Source: an uncultured Rikenella sp. (lineage in GTDB: Bacteria; Bacteroidota; Bacteroidia; Bacteroidales; VadinHA17). Taken from it: a stretch of 64,000 bases of DNA. Positions within the stretch are counted from its first letter, which is position 1. Every line of letters begins with the position of its first letter. Made by a program: the position numbers and the translations under genes. The notes beneath the pieces were generated by a model. It did not search any database. It was not told where the DNA came from and saw only the letters and a list, made by a program, of their open reading frames with translations. This document shows positions 37,970 through 47,566 of this stretch, piece after piece. The DNA is taken from positions 44,605-108,604 of the forward strand of contig CAZWOC010000007.1 of NCBI GenBank assembly GCA_964635655.1, given 5' to 3'.

Positions 37970-39079
37970 ATGGCATTCAATCTCTGCAAACTGCCGGCTG
38001 ATGAATTTCTCAAGCTATGCAAAACACTTCCGGTTGCAGACGTCAGATCGCCCGGAGAATATTTAACCGGCCATATTCCGGGTTCAGTAAACATTCCTCT
38101 TTTTGATGATTCACAGAGGGCCGAGGTGGGCACACTGTACAAACAGGAAGGAAATGCAATGGCTGTTATGCGTGGCATTGACCTTGCCGCTCCTGAGATG
38201 TCGGATAAGCTGAGGGCAGGTCTGAACCTGGCTGCCGGAGGCAGACTGCTGCCGGCTCCTGGCACCGATGACCGTGGTACAGTGCCCGCAACCCATGACA
38301 CTGAGGCAGCGGGAAGGCTTTTAGTCTACTGCTGGAGGGGAGGTCTGCGGTCAGAGGCCATGGCCTGGCTGTTCTCCCTTGGAGGTATTGAACCTCTTGT
38401 GCTCAACGGAGGGTACAAGGCATACAGAAATCACATTCTCAATGAACTGGGAAGTGAAAGAAGGTACATTATCCTTGGGGGGCTTACCGGGAGCGGCAAG
38501 ACCGGAATACTCAGATATATGAAGTCTGCAGGAGAACAGGTTACCGATCTCGAGGGTCTTGCATCACACCGGGGATCCGCTTTTGGTGCACTTGGTCAGG
38601 CTCCGCAGCCATCATCGGAACAGTTTGCAAACCTTCTGTATGACGATCTCTCCGCACACCAGGCCGGTGCACCTGTATGGCTTGAGGATGAAAGCCGCAA
38701 TATCGGTACAGTATTCATGCCCGACTGCTTCTTTGAAAGGATGCAGACTGCCCCGGTGATTGCCCTTATGATGAGCATAGAGACTCGCATGCCCAGGCTT
38801 ATCAGGGAGTATACGTCATTCCCGGTCGGGGATATAATTGCCTCAGTGATGAAGATCTCGAAACGGCTTGGCGGAGACAGAACACATGATGCCATCGATG
38901 CCCTTAAATGCGACGATTATCCCACGGCAATAAGAATCACCCTGGAATATTATGACAGGTATTATCATTATAGCCTGTCAAAGAGGCCTGAAGGTCAGGT
39001 TATATATATCAATACTGTGAGTGATGACGAAGCAGTAAATGCTGCCCTGATAATGGAAGCGGCTGCAAGGCTGAGATAG
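37970..39079 (+). CDS. mnmH: tRNA 2-selenouridine(34) synthase
   Basis: 369 aa. Rhodanese domain with active-site CWRGGLRS. Walker A GGLTGSGKT. LEGLASHRGSAFG and WLEDESRNIG. Confidence 0.85.
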   Translation: MAFNLCKLPADEFLKLCKTLPVADVRSPGEYLTGHIPGSVNIPLFDDSQRAEVGTLYKQEGNAMAVMRGIDLAAPEMSDKLRAGLNLAAGGRLLPAPGTDDRGTVPATHDTEAAGRLLVYCWRGGLRSEAMAWLFSLGGIEPLVLNGGYKAYRNHILNELGSERRYIILGGLTGSGKTGILRYMKSAGEQVTDLEGLASHRGSAFGALGQAPQPSSEQFANLLYDDLSAHQAGAPVWLEDESRNIGTVFMPDCFFERMQTAPVIALMMSIETRMPRLIREYTSFPVGDIIASVMKISKRLGGDRTHDAIDALKCDDYPTAIRITLEYYDRYYHYSLSKRPEGQVIYINTVSDDEAVNAALIMEAAARLR

Positions 39080-39122
39080 GTTTATAACTCCTGGCGCGTG
39101 TGTGGTCATCCCGGAGCATGTG

Positions 39123-40388
39123 TCATTCCTTCCTGAGTGACGAGGCATCAACCCATTTGAAGACTTTGTCTGAACGCCTCACAACCGCGCTGACCTTCAC
39201 CGAACAAAGTTCTCCCTTTTGCACATTTGTTGTCTCTTTTTCAGAAACATCCCTTAATTCATCTGCAGTAAAAGTCAAAATGCCGGTAGTTGGCCCGGTT
39301 ATGACCAATTCTTCACCAGCGGAAAGATCGCCTGTCTCGAGTTTTATCTCAACTGCTCCGGCCTTTGCAAAGTAATTTGTCACCTTACCGAGATAGACCT
39401 TTCTTTTTGTGGCAGCTGAGCCGTATGTTGTACTCCATTCCCCAAGTTTCTGCCCGAGGTAATAGCCGTCCCAGAATCCCCTGTTGAAGACTGTTTCGAG
39501 TTGCCTCATCCACATGTCAACCTTCTCCCTGCCGAAGGTTCCGTCAGCTATCGCGTCTGCCGCCTCACTGTAACAACGGGTTACGGTTCTGACGTACTCC
39601 GGTGGCCTGGCGCGTCCCTCGATCTTCAGCACCCGGGCGCCTGCACTGATGAGCTGGTCAAGGAAGCTGATTGTGCACAGGTCTTTGGGTGACATAATAT
39701 ACTGGTTATCAATGTCGAGTTCATATCCTGTCTCCCTGTCACTGACAGTATATCCCCGCCTGCATGTCTGGTAACAATTACCCCTGTTTGCCGAAGCATT
39801 GTATTCGTGAAGGCTCAGATAACACTTCCCTGATATTGCCATGCATAAAGCGCCGTGAACGAACATTTCAAGCTTTATAAACTCCCCCCCCGGACCACGT
39901 ATTGAATCACGTATGATGATATCATGTATATTCTCAACCTGTTGAATATTAAGTTCTCTGGACAAGACAGCCACGTCTGCCCATTGTGAGTAGAACTTCA
40001 GTGATCCGGCATTGGAGATATTGAGCTGGGTTGAGAGGTGCACTTCGATACCTGCCTCCCTGGCGGCAATAATAGCTGCCTGATCGGTTGCAATGACTGC
40101 TGTTATCCCGGCTGCGGCAGCAGCAGCGAGCACCTCTTTCAGCTCGCTGATCTCCTCATCGTAAACGACAATGTTCAGTGTCAGATAGCTTCTGAGACCG
40201 TTTTCCCTGCACAGTGCAACAATTGCGGGCAGATCGGCAGTAGTGAAATTGTGCGATGACCGGGCCCTCATGTTCAGTTTCTCGACTCCGAAGTAGACTG
40301 AGTCAGCCCCGCCCTGTATTGCTGCCCTCAGTGACTCCCACGAGCCGGCCGGGGCCATAATCTCTATTTCATTTCGCTTGATCATCAC
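39123..40388 (-). CDS. peptidase U32 family protein
   Basis: 421 aa. Matches the U32 signature E-x-F-x2-G-[SA]-[LIVM]-C-x4-G-x-C-x-[LIVM]-S as EMFVHGALCMAISGKCYLS. Confidence 0.85.
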   Translation of the reverse strand: MMIKRNEIEIMAPAGSWESLRAAIQGGADSVYFGVEKLNMRARSSHNFTTADLPAIVALCRENGLRSYLTLNIVVYDEEISELKEVLAAAAAAGITAVIATDQAAIIAAREAGIEVHLSTQLNISNAGSLKFYSQWADVAVLSRELNIQQVENIHDIIIRDSIRGPGGEFIKLEMFVHGALCMAISGKCYLSLHEYNASANRGNCYQTCRRGYTVSDRETGYELDIDNQYIMSPKDLCTISFLDQLISAGARVLKIEGRARPPEYVRTVTRCYSEAADAIADGTFGREKVDMWMRQLETVFNRGFWDGYYLGQKLGEWSTTYGSAATKRKVYLGKVTNYFAKAGAVEIKLETGDLSAGEELVITGPTTGILTFTADELRDVSEKETTNVQKGELCSVKVSAVVRRSDKVFKWVDASSLRKE

Positions 40389-40397
40389 ATCCCTGCT

Positions 40398-41543
40398 TCA
40401 TCCTTGCTTTTTAAGCACTATCCTCATACAGCATCCCTGACCCGGTTCAGAGCGGAGAACGAATATTTTTCCTTTATGGTATTCTTCAACTATCCTCTTG
40501 GAGAGCGAAAGTCCCAGTCCCCAGCCTCTTTCCCTGGTTGTGTAACCGGGTTTGAACACTGTCTTGAAATCCTTCCTGGGGATACCCTTGCCGGTATCTT
40601 CCACGTCGATAAAGGCTTCGTTGTTGTTTTCCGACAGCCTGACTGTGATATGTCCGGTGCCCTTCATCGCATCAGCCGAGTTCTTCACAAGGTTCTCGAT
40701 TACCCATCCGAGGAGAACTGAGTTGAAGGGGACATCGTTGCACTGGCTGGTCTCATCCTGTACCTCAAGTTCTATTGTCGAAGCGATTCTTTTTCTCAGA
40801 TAAGCCGCAGCTGCAACGGCCAGGGCCGGCAGGCTGTCAGGCATCAGCTTCGGTTTTGAGCCTATAAGTGAGAATCTCTCTGCAACCCGGCTCAACCTTT
40901 CGACATCGGCCGGAAGCTCCTCGGCAATGTCTGTTCCGGGGTATCGGCTGCTGATTATCTCACTCCATGCGGAGAGGGAAGAGGTAGGGGTTCCCAGCTG
41001 ATGTGCCGTCTCTCTTGACAGCCCCACCCATACCTGGTTTTGTTCAGCCATCCGTGATGCGCTGAAGGCCACGTACGCGACAACAATGAAAAGAAGTATT
41101 ACAGTAAACTGAACATACGGATAGATACGAAGCTGTCTCAGGAGGGTGCTCTCACGGAAATACAGATGATTGACAATGCCGTTTGGAAGCTCTATCGATA
41201 TCGGGTCATTACGTTTTGCCATGCGCTTCAGTTCACGTACCATCGCCAGCGTGTCAGTGGCCATCGCCGGTGGCAGGTTCCTCTGGGAGATTATGCTCTC
41301 CTCCTCATCTATCAGTATGACCGGGACGGTTGTGTTGTCCTCGATAATCCTGAAAAGGAATTCAAAGTCATCAGATGCTACAAGCCTGCGGGTAGCCTCA
41401 GCCCATTGTTCAGCCTTCTTGCGCTCCTCTTCCTTGAGCCTGTCAACCAGGTCATGGGTATAAATGAGGGATCCAAGGCCTATGACTACCGCGAACATCA
41501 GGAGCAGGGCCTTCCAGAGGAATTTTTTACGGTAAATGTTCAT
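40398..41543 (-). CDS. sensor histidine kinase (no adjacent response regulator)
   Basis: 381 aa with 2 TM. H-box TAHQLGTP. N-box ENLVKNSADAM. G-boxes VEDTGKGIP and GWGLGLSLS. Confidence 0.8.
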   Translation of the reverse strand: MNIYRKKFLWKALLLMFAVVIGLGSLIYTHDLVDRLKEEERKKAEQWAEATRRLVASDDFEFLFRIIEDNTTVPVILIDEEESIISQRNLPPAMATDTLAMVRELKRMAKRNDPISIELPNGIVNHLYFRESTLLRQLRIYPYVQFTVILLFIVVAYVAFSASRMAEQNQVWVGLSRETAHQLGTPTSSLSAWSEIISSRYPGTDIAEELPADVERLSRVAERFSLIGSKPKLMPDSLPALAVAAAAYLRKRIASTIELEVQDETSQCNDVPFNSVLLGWVIENLVKNSADAMKGTGHITVRLSENNNEAFIDVEDTGKGIPRKDFKTVFKPGYTTRERGWGLGLSLSKRIVEEYHKGKIFVLRSEPGQGCCMRIVLKKQG

Positions 41544-44148
41544 GGCTTTTTTTCTTTTTGAGAAGGATCCTTATGGGGCTCTCCTTTACCTCTTCCTGCT
41601 GCGTATCAGTAACCGCAGGCTGTTCCTTCCCCTCCTCCCAGGTAATGCTGAACTTCGGTTTGCTTTCTGCAGGTCTTGTAAGGGTGGTGTCTGATTCGTA
41701 CCAGCCGTACTCCTCGTTCAGTATCCCCTTCAGATTCTGCTTCTCTGAAGCGATGTCGTTCCTGATATTGTCCTGCGCCTGTCCGAAATCATAACCCACA
41801 CTGGTTTTGCCATTTACGCACTCTATCTTCAGCGGCACTGTCGCCTTTCCGCTGCCGTCTACCTTCACCTGCCCGTAGGAACTGACATCCCTGTTGCGTT
41901 CCCTGGCTTTTCGGCTCATTACCTCGGAAAGAAGCAGTCGAACATGATAGATGTAATCACCGTCAAACGAATGGGTGCCGAAGACGGTAAAATTAACCGC
42001 AGAAGAATTTATAAGCATTTTCGGAATTGAGACGGTTCCGTTATTTATGAAAATGTCATTTTCCATCCTGGAGAAGCTTATATCCTTCAGCTCGTCGAGG
42101 TCAAGATATGCCGACAGTTTTTCTGCCGGGCCGAAGTTTACAAGCTTTCCGTCAGCAATGACAAGGTGTGCTTCTGCAACCATAGCTTTACGGAAGATCC
42201 TGTAATTGCCGTCGAGGGGAGACAGCATCATAACATTGCCCGTCAGCTTTCCCCTCAGGTTTTTGCTCACAATAAAATCCTGGCCGAAATTGTTGAAGGC
42301 GTCGAAAGCCTTGTTAATGTCTATATTACTTACATTAAGCCCGGCCCTGGTGATGAATCCCCCCTCCTGCTGTTTACCCAGCATGAATTCCCCTTCAAGC
42401 ACTCCCTCCAGTCCGTCTGCATAAACCTCATTGAAGGTGATTACATAGGGTCTGTAAGTTAATCTGCTGCTGAAGTTAGCGGCCCTGAACTCATTAAAGA
42501 TCAGACTGTCAGCTTTAATTGAAACATTTGCGACAACGTCTGCCGGGAAGAGATTTGCCGGAGTGGCGGTGCTGTCGGACTTTTTCTTGTCACGGGGCAT
42601 AAACCCTGCAGTTACAAGTCTGTCAGTGTGAATATTACCGCTTATATCAAGAGTCTGACCTCCGCCGGATATCCAGGGATAGAAATTTTTCATTACTGCA
42701 CTGACCGTGAAATGCTGGTCCATGTATGTGATTGAGAGGTTGTCGGCTACCAGATCATTTTTTACCTGCAGTGATCCGTTGACGTCTTTCAGGACAATCT
42801 CCCGTCTTGCCAGTGTCACACCGAACTCACTGAATGAAAGTGATATCTCCGGTTTCAGGAAGGCAAACGCTGATGTGTTGCGCAGGCTGTCAGGAAGGAT
42901 TCCTGAGAGCCTGATGCTTCCTTTGACTGTACCTGTCTGGTCCCGGATGTGTCCTGACCGGAAGATCCTTTCAAGATCGTCGAAATCGAGATCCCCGTCA
43001 AGTTCAAGGGTTATATGCGGTCTGCGGAGTTTGTTCATCATAAACGACCCATTCACTGATGCAGAGCCGTACCTTGCAGTGAGGTTGTCAACAGTGAAAC
43101 GGAACGTCTCGGCTGAATTATGGTCTCCATTTGTAAGCGAACCGCTGAATTCAAGGTTATTGACTTTGAAGCCTGTTGCGGAGTGGCTCATCTTTCCTCC
43201 GGCGAGGCCGTATTTAATGTCGATGTGAGGGTTACCGGCTTCCCCGTATGGTCCGCTGATACTGCATTTCAGGTCGATTATGCCGGAAGGGGAGAAGGTT
43301 CCGGTGACATTTCTCCAGCTTTCCGGAAGCTTCGATATTACCGATGCGATATTTATTTTTTTCCCCTCTATCACCAGGTTGAGTGTTGAAGCTGAGTAGT
43401 TTACATTACCTGTGATGTCGAACCTGAGATCAGCGATACCCAATTCACCCTTTGTGACCGAAAGAGAATTTGCCGACTTTCTAAGTTTGATGCCCGCCTC
43501 GACCGGGATATCCCTGATTGTTGTGCCGTCAAGGGTTACAGAGTCAACTTCCGCATTGAGTGCGGTGGTGAGGTAGATTCCAGTACTGAATAGCTCACCT
43601 CCCAGAGTCGCCTGCCCTACGCTTCCTGATATGCGCATGCCTGAGCTCATGTCATTGAAAACAGTCCTGATGTTGACAGCGCTTATGTTCTTCAGCCTGA
43701 CATTTTTGCCATCCTCCTTCTTTTCGGAAAAAACCTCGTAATTAATATCACCCCTCTTGTCTGTCAGTAGGTTAACCTCTCCGTTCCTGGCAGTGACAGA
43801 CCTCACCGCCACTGTACCTGTAAGCAGAGACGGCATGGAGACAGTGAGTGAAAGTGAGGAGGCGTACAGAAGAGTGTCATTGTCCTCTTCACTCAGTTGC
43901 TTCCTGTCGTAGAAAGGTGAGGGTTCGACGAGGAGGTCGCTGAACCTGGCTGTAATATTGGGGAATGATTCGAAAATTGTAAGGCGAAGATTGCCGTATG
44001 AAATCTTCGTGTTTACACTCTCGTTGACTTTGCTGATAAGGGCACCGGTCAGCTGTTCCTGACGAAGGAGGATATAAATGCCAGGCACCAGGATGAGCAA
44101 CAGCAGTACACTGGCGGCAATCAGCGCTATTTTACGAAACAGTCTCAT
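41527..44148 (-). CDS. AsmA family outer-membrane biogenesis protein
   Basis: 873 aa. A single N-terminal TM, then a long beta-rich repetitive periplasmic region. The size and pattern are typical of the AsmA-like family. Confidence 0.65.
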   Translation of the reverse strand: MRLFRKIALIAASVLLLLILVPGIYILLRQEQLTGALISKVNESVNTKISYGNLRLTIFESFPNITARFSDLLVEPSPFYDRKQLSEEDNDTLLYASSLSLTVSMPSLLTGTVAVRSVTARNGEVNLLTDKRGDINYEVFSEKKEDGKNVRLKNISAVNIRTVFNDMSSGMRISGSVGQATLGGELFSTGIYLTTALNAEVDSVTLDGTTIRDIPVEAGIKLRKSANSLSVTKGELGIADLRFDITGNVNYSASTLNLVIEGKKINIASVISKLPESWRNVTGTFSPSGIIDLKCSISGPYGEAGNPHIDIKYGLAGGKMSHSATGFKVNNLEFSGSLTNGDHNSAETFRFTVDNLTARYGSASVNGSFMMNKLRRPHITLELDGDLDFDDLERIFRSGHIRDQTGTVKGSIRLSGILPDSLRNTSAFAFLKPEISLSFSEFGVTLARREIVLKDVNGSLQVKNDLVADNLSITYMDQHFTVSAVMKNFYPWISGGGQTLDISGNIHTDRLVTAGFMPRDKKKSDSTATPANLFPADVVANVSIKADSLIFNEFRAANFSSRLTYRPYVITFNEVYADGLEGVLEGEFMLGKQQEGGFITRAGLNVSNIDINKAFDAFNNFGQDFIVSKNLRGKLTGNVMMLSPLDGNYRIFRKAMVAEAHLVIADGKLVNFGPAEKLSAYLDLDELKDISFSRMENDIFINNGTVSIPKMLINSSAVNFTVFGTHSFDGDYIYHVRLLLSEVMSRKARERNRDVSSYGQVKVDGSGKATVPLKIECVNGKTSVGYDFGQAQDNIRNDIASEKQNLKGILNEEYGWYESDTTLTRPAESKPKFSITWEEGKEQPAVTDTQQEEVKESPIRILLKKKKSHEHLP

Positions 44149-44203
44149 GGCACCTGACGGTGATATGCGTTATATTTCGAAGCAGTCTCATGGCACCTGA
44201 CGG
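44135..44203. repeat. direct duplication of the asmA start region (26-nt core, 1 mismatch, 43-nt period)
   Basis: CGAAACAGTCTCATGGCACCTGACGG at 44135-44160 and CGAAGCAGTCTCATGGCACCTGACGG at 44178-44203. The first copy contains the asmA start codon (CAT at 44146-44148). Confidence 0.9.
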
Positions 44204-44212
44204 CGCAGCGTG

Positions 44213-44932
44213 TTATTTTTTAACTTTCTTAAGCAGAAAGGAAAGGTCACTGCCTGGCTTCACCTCTGCAGGATCATATCCATATCTGAATAATCTGGCG
44301 TTACGGGGCCCTAAGAGAGACAACTTGTTTTCTTCAAGCAGGAACATCGTCCCTTCACGCAGCCCCGCAACATACAGCTCCCTGTTTACCTCAATAAACT
44401 CCTGTATCCTTTGTTCGCGCGTTTCACCGGCATGGCCTGCAGGATTGGCATCAATGTAATGGGGATTGATCTGGAACGGGATCAGACCGAAAGCCCTGAA
44501 CGATGATGGAGCGGTAACGGGCATGTCATTGGTTGTCATGATTGTGGGACAGGTCACATTTGAGCCTGCGCTCCAACCGATATATGGAGTCCCGGCCAGC
44601 ACCTTCTTCCTGACCGGAGCAATCAGCTTATTGTCTCTCAGACATTTAAGAAGCATCCAGGTGTTTCCTCCACCCACTACAATTGCAGGTGCCCCCATAA
44701 TGGCTTCTGCCGGATCACTGAAATGATGGATTGAAACAACATCATGTCCTACCTCCCTGAAACGGTTTCTGACCTTCTCCTCATACTCGTCATACGAGAA
44801 AGTCACGGCTGCATATGGGATGAACAGCGCCTTTACCTTTTTGGTGCCAAGGAAATTCCTGATGTTATTCTTCGGGTAATCGAGATATGCCTCCCCGGCA
44901 TTGGTCGAATTGCTGATAAGGAGTAGTCTCAT
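44213..44932 (-). CDS. pepE: dipeptidase E (peptidase S51)
   Basis: 239 aa from MRLLLISNST (ATG 44932). VVGGGNTWMLL and GWSAGSNV (nucleophile Ser context). Confidence 0.85.
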   Translation of the reverse strand: MRLLLISNSTNAGEAYLDYPKNNIRNFLGTKKVKALFIPYAAVTFSYDEYEEKVRNRFREVGHDVVSIHHFSDPAEAIMGAPAIVVGGGNTWMLLKCLRDNKLIAPVRKKVLAGTPYIGWSAGSNVTCPTIMTTNDMPVTAPSSFRAFGLIPFQINPHYIDANPAGHAGETREQRIQEFIEVNRELYVAGLREGTMFLLEENKLSLLGPRNARLFRYGYDPAEVKPGSDLSFLLKKVKK

Positions 44933-45000
44933 TTCTCTTCCTGTTTTCTTGTTTTTCCGGATTGTGCGGCTTCTGCACCACACTCTGTGTCAACGCCTCA

Positions 45001-45049
45001 AATATATATAAAAAAGAGAGAGGGCGTCTGTCCGGACACCCCCTCTCTT
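45001..45049 (-). terminator. rho-independent terminator of the ECF sigma operon
   Basis: The minus-strand hairpin AGAGAGGG...CCCTCTCT encloses the palindrome TGTCCGGACA and is followed by TTTTTATATATATT. It lies 22 nt after the OMP stop. Confidence 0.6.
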
Positions 45050-45070
45050 CAGAACTTCCCGTCTTAAAAG

Positions 45071-46090
45071 TTAGTCATTGAATGTCAGCGCAATGCCTAT
45101 TTCAAACGGGTAGAGTTCAGGGCCCTTGCCTTTTTCGAACAACGGTGAGAGGTAGCAGGTGCCGTACACCTGCACCATCTCGTACCCCGCCCTGGCGGTC
45201 ACTCCGTATCTCAGCATGTTGAGGTTGAAGTCGTCACGGTTCTTGTCCTTTTGCTTGCCATCATCATGGTATACGACTTTAGTGTGTGATCCCAGCTTGA
45301 TTGCACCCACAACCCCGGCTCCGAGATTAATTGTGCTTCCCCCTGAAACCGGAAGCTGAACCTCAAGCATAACCGGAAGTATGGCGTATACTGTGGTGAG
45401 CTTGCTTTTGTCATAGTTAAGTGATTCTGAGGGATATGATGGCATAACAACACCATTGTCAGCAACCTCTACAGAGTTGTTTCCGTCAAACCTGTAGTTA
45501 TTGAAATTGATGCCCAGAGCCGTAACCAGCCCGAAATGACGTGTAAAACCAAGACTTACAGGCGGAGAGACTATGTTGAAACTGCTTGATTTGGCACTGT
45601 TGAGGTCGAGCCAGCTCTCCATCGGTGTGCTATTGTCCAACCACTTCCCGGTTGTAAAATTGTTGTAACCTATTTCGATCCCTCCCAGGTGACCGTCAAA
45701 ACTCTTAGAAGGCTTTTCGTCAGAATACTCATCATCGGAACCTTCCTCCTCCAGGTCAATTTCGGTGTAGTCACCATCCTCAAATACCCTTATGCCCCTT
45801 TTGCCAATACGGATTACTGTTTCATCACCTGTCTCTTCAATAGTGACTATCTCTCCGATTCTGACACGGGTGGTGTCTTCTGATTCTTCGTATTCCGTCC
45901 CGGCTTCTTCACTGGTATCTGCAAAAATTTCATATTCTTCTGCCTGCTGAACGAGCGTGTCAGGAGGAGTGGCCTGCTCTGCCTGCTGTTCAAGCTGTTC
46001 GAGTTCCCTGAGCTTCTGTTCCTTCTCCTGGGCCACTGCGGGTATGAGAAGCGAAACGATGAGTGCTGATGAGATCAATGTTCTTTTCAT
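45071..46090 (-). CDS. outer-membrane beta-barrel protein with a long acidic N-terminal region
   Basis: 339 aa. Signal peptide. About 100 aa of E/D/T-rich sequence. The C-terminal half has alternating beta-strand character (porin-family-like). Confidence 0.5.
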   Translation of the reverse strand: MKRTLISSALIVSLLIPAVAQEKEQKLRELEQLEQQAEQATPPDTLVQQAEEYEIFADTSEEAGTEYEESEDTTRVRIGEIVTIEETGDETVIRIGKRGIRVFEDGDYTEIDLEEEGSDDEYSDEKPSKSFDGHLGGIEIGYNNFTTGKWLDNSTPMESWLDLNSAKSSSFNIVSPPVSLGFTRHFGLVTALGINFNNYRFDGNNSVEVADNGVVMPSYPSESLNYDKSKLTTVYAILPVMLEVQLPVSGGSTINLGAGVVGAIKLGSHTKVVYHDDGKQKDKNRDDFNLNMLRYGVTARAGYEMVQVYGTCYLSPLFEKGKGPELYPFEIGIALTFND

Positions 46091-46147
46091 GGATAAATAA
46101 ATTTATTGTTTAATGCAGGGACGGACAACCCTGCCGGAAAGTTACAC

Positions 46148-47065
46148 TCAGGGTGTTGATTTGTTCAAAGGTTTAGTGAAAGAAAGGAGTGATGAGCTGA
46201 AATTCAATGCCACAGCATCACCCTTCCGGTTGCTTACCTGTTCAAGCTCCATGTCCCAGCCGAGGAGTGTGTTGATTCCTGTTATGGCACCGCTGGCAAT
46301 CATAAAGCCGTCAATCTTTTGATCTTTCCCTGTCACTGCGCTGGCGAGATGAGATATGCTCCTGAGTATCCAGTTCTGTTCTTCCTGTACAGCCTGAGGT
46401 GTTTGAATTTGCATGATGTTCATTGAAGCCAGGCCCATACTTGCAGCCGGGGCGACTGACTCCGGCATTTCCCGGCTGTATGCCAGGGTCAGGGGCAGGG
46501 CCCGCACTTCTTCCGTCATCACCTGAGGCTCTTCCGTGTATTCCGGTTCAGATTCCCGGATTGTTGAGTTAACAGTTGATGAAAAAGTCGTTCTTGAGGC
46601 AATTATCGGGTAAGATGCTTCGATTTCTCCTGTTGCCACTGTCGTTTTAGCAACCGGTTGAAGGGTATTTATACGTTTCAGCTTTGCCCCGGCCGGACCG
46701 TAGATTATAATCACAATCATTGCCGCCACCGCCAGCAGCGCAGGGATAACGGTCCGTCTCATAACAGTCAGCGTTCCGGGGATTCTGAGGCTTGATTGCA
46801 TTCCGGGCCACCTCTCTTCAGCAGGACGGAGCCGCACCTTCCGGAAGGTCTCGGCACGGTTTCTCCTGTCAGGCCTGGCGCAAAAGATGGTCTCAAGCTC
46901 AGCCAGGGCCTCTCCGGAGAGAGCGTCCTCTGACCATGCTGCTGCCAGCAGGTCAAACTGATCATCTGTAAGCTCCTCCTCCCTTCGGAAAAGTTTTCTG
47001 CCTGACGGCATCCTGTCACCGGGAGGTGTCAGCCGCGGGAATCCGATATCTTCCGTTATTGCCAT
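46148..47065 (-). CDS. putative anti-sigma factor (single-pass membrane protein)
   Basis: 305 aa. It overlaps the sigma gene stop by 10 nt. It has a cytoplasmic N-terminal domain, one TM (VIPALLAVAAMIVIIIY) and an extracytoplasmic C-terminus. I recognise no family motif. Confidence 0.4.
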   Translation of the reverse strand: MAITEDIGFPRLTPPGDRMPSGRKLFRREEELTDDQFDLLAAAWSEDALSGEALAELETIFCARPDRRNRAETFRKVRLRPAEERWPGMQSSLRIPGTLTVMRRTVIPALLAVAAMIVIIIYGPAGAKLKRINTLQPVAKTTVATGEIEASYPIIASRTTFSSTVNSTIRESEPEYTEEPQVMTEEVRALPLTLAYSREMPESVAPAASMGLASMNIMQIQTPQAVQEEQNWILRSISHLASAVTGKDQKIDGFMIASGAITGINTLLGWDMELEQVSNRKGDAVALNFSSSLLSFTKPLNKSTP

Positions 47066-47541
47066 ACAGATGTTTTTATAAGGTAGTTCCTGAGCGCCAC
47101 GCGTCCACGGAAAATATATGTCTTGACCTGTGCTTCCGAAAGCCCGGTAATCTCACCTATCTCCCTGTAGTTATATCCTTCATAGTCGCGAAGCAGAATG
47201 ACCGACCGCTGTGCAGCGGGAAGGGTTTCCAGGGCCCTGTGAAGCACCTCGTTCAGGTCGCTGCTGTTATCCTCTGCATAGAGAGAGCTCTCGTCGTAAT
47301 CCTCTACACCAACAATCCTCGAGTCTTTTCTGATCACGTCTATCATCCTGTTGTATGCAGTCGAGAACAGCCATGATTTAACTGCACCGTACTCGATCTC
47401 AGTCACGCAGCGCCACAGCTTCTCATATGTGTCCTGCACGATATCGTCAGCCCTGTGGCTGTCCTTTATGCTGCGGAGGATAAACCGGTAGACATGGTCT
47501 CCGAACTCCCTGACGGCGCTGTTATACTCTTTTACTGTCAT
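47056..47541 (-). CDS. ECF-type RNA polymerase sigma-70 factor
   Basis: About 161 aa from ATG 47541. Region 2 (DIVQDTYEKLW...WLFSTAYNRMIDVIRK) and region 4 (LPAAQRSVILLRDYEGYNYREIGEITGLSEAQVKTYIFRGR). Confidence 0.88.
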   Translation of the reverse strand: MTVKEYNSAVREFGDHVYRFILRSIKDSHRADDIVQDTYEKLWRCVTEIEYGAVKSWLFSTAYNRMIDVIRKDSRIVGVEDYDESSLYAEDNSSDLNEVLHRALETLPAAQRSVILLRDYEGYNYREIGEITGLSEAQVKTYIFRGRVALRNYLIKTSVWQ

Positions 47542-47566
47542 ACCGGGCAATGCACTGACACCCTAA

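Noticed and set aside
38231-38305. Ala/Gly/Pro/Thr-rich insertion of about 20-25 aa in MnmH. Similar low-complexity inserts occur in the e(P4) phosphatase (about 49712-49828) and in the PolA inter-domain linker (about 19830-20030).
   Set aside because: They look like lineage-specific disordered linkers in surface loops. They are in frame, have no repeat or mobile-element signature, and I cannot support a function from sequence.
39884-39891. C8/G8 homopolymer inside the U32 gene (codes ...PGGEF...) as a possible phase-variation tract
   Set aside because: The gene is in frame as given, a single tract proves nothing, and there is no evidence of length heterogeneity. It is worth a glance in raw reads only.
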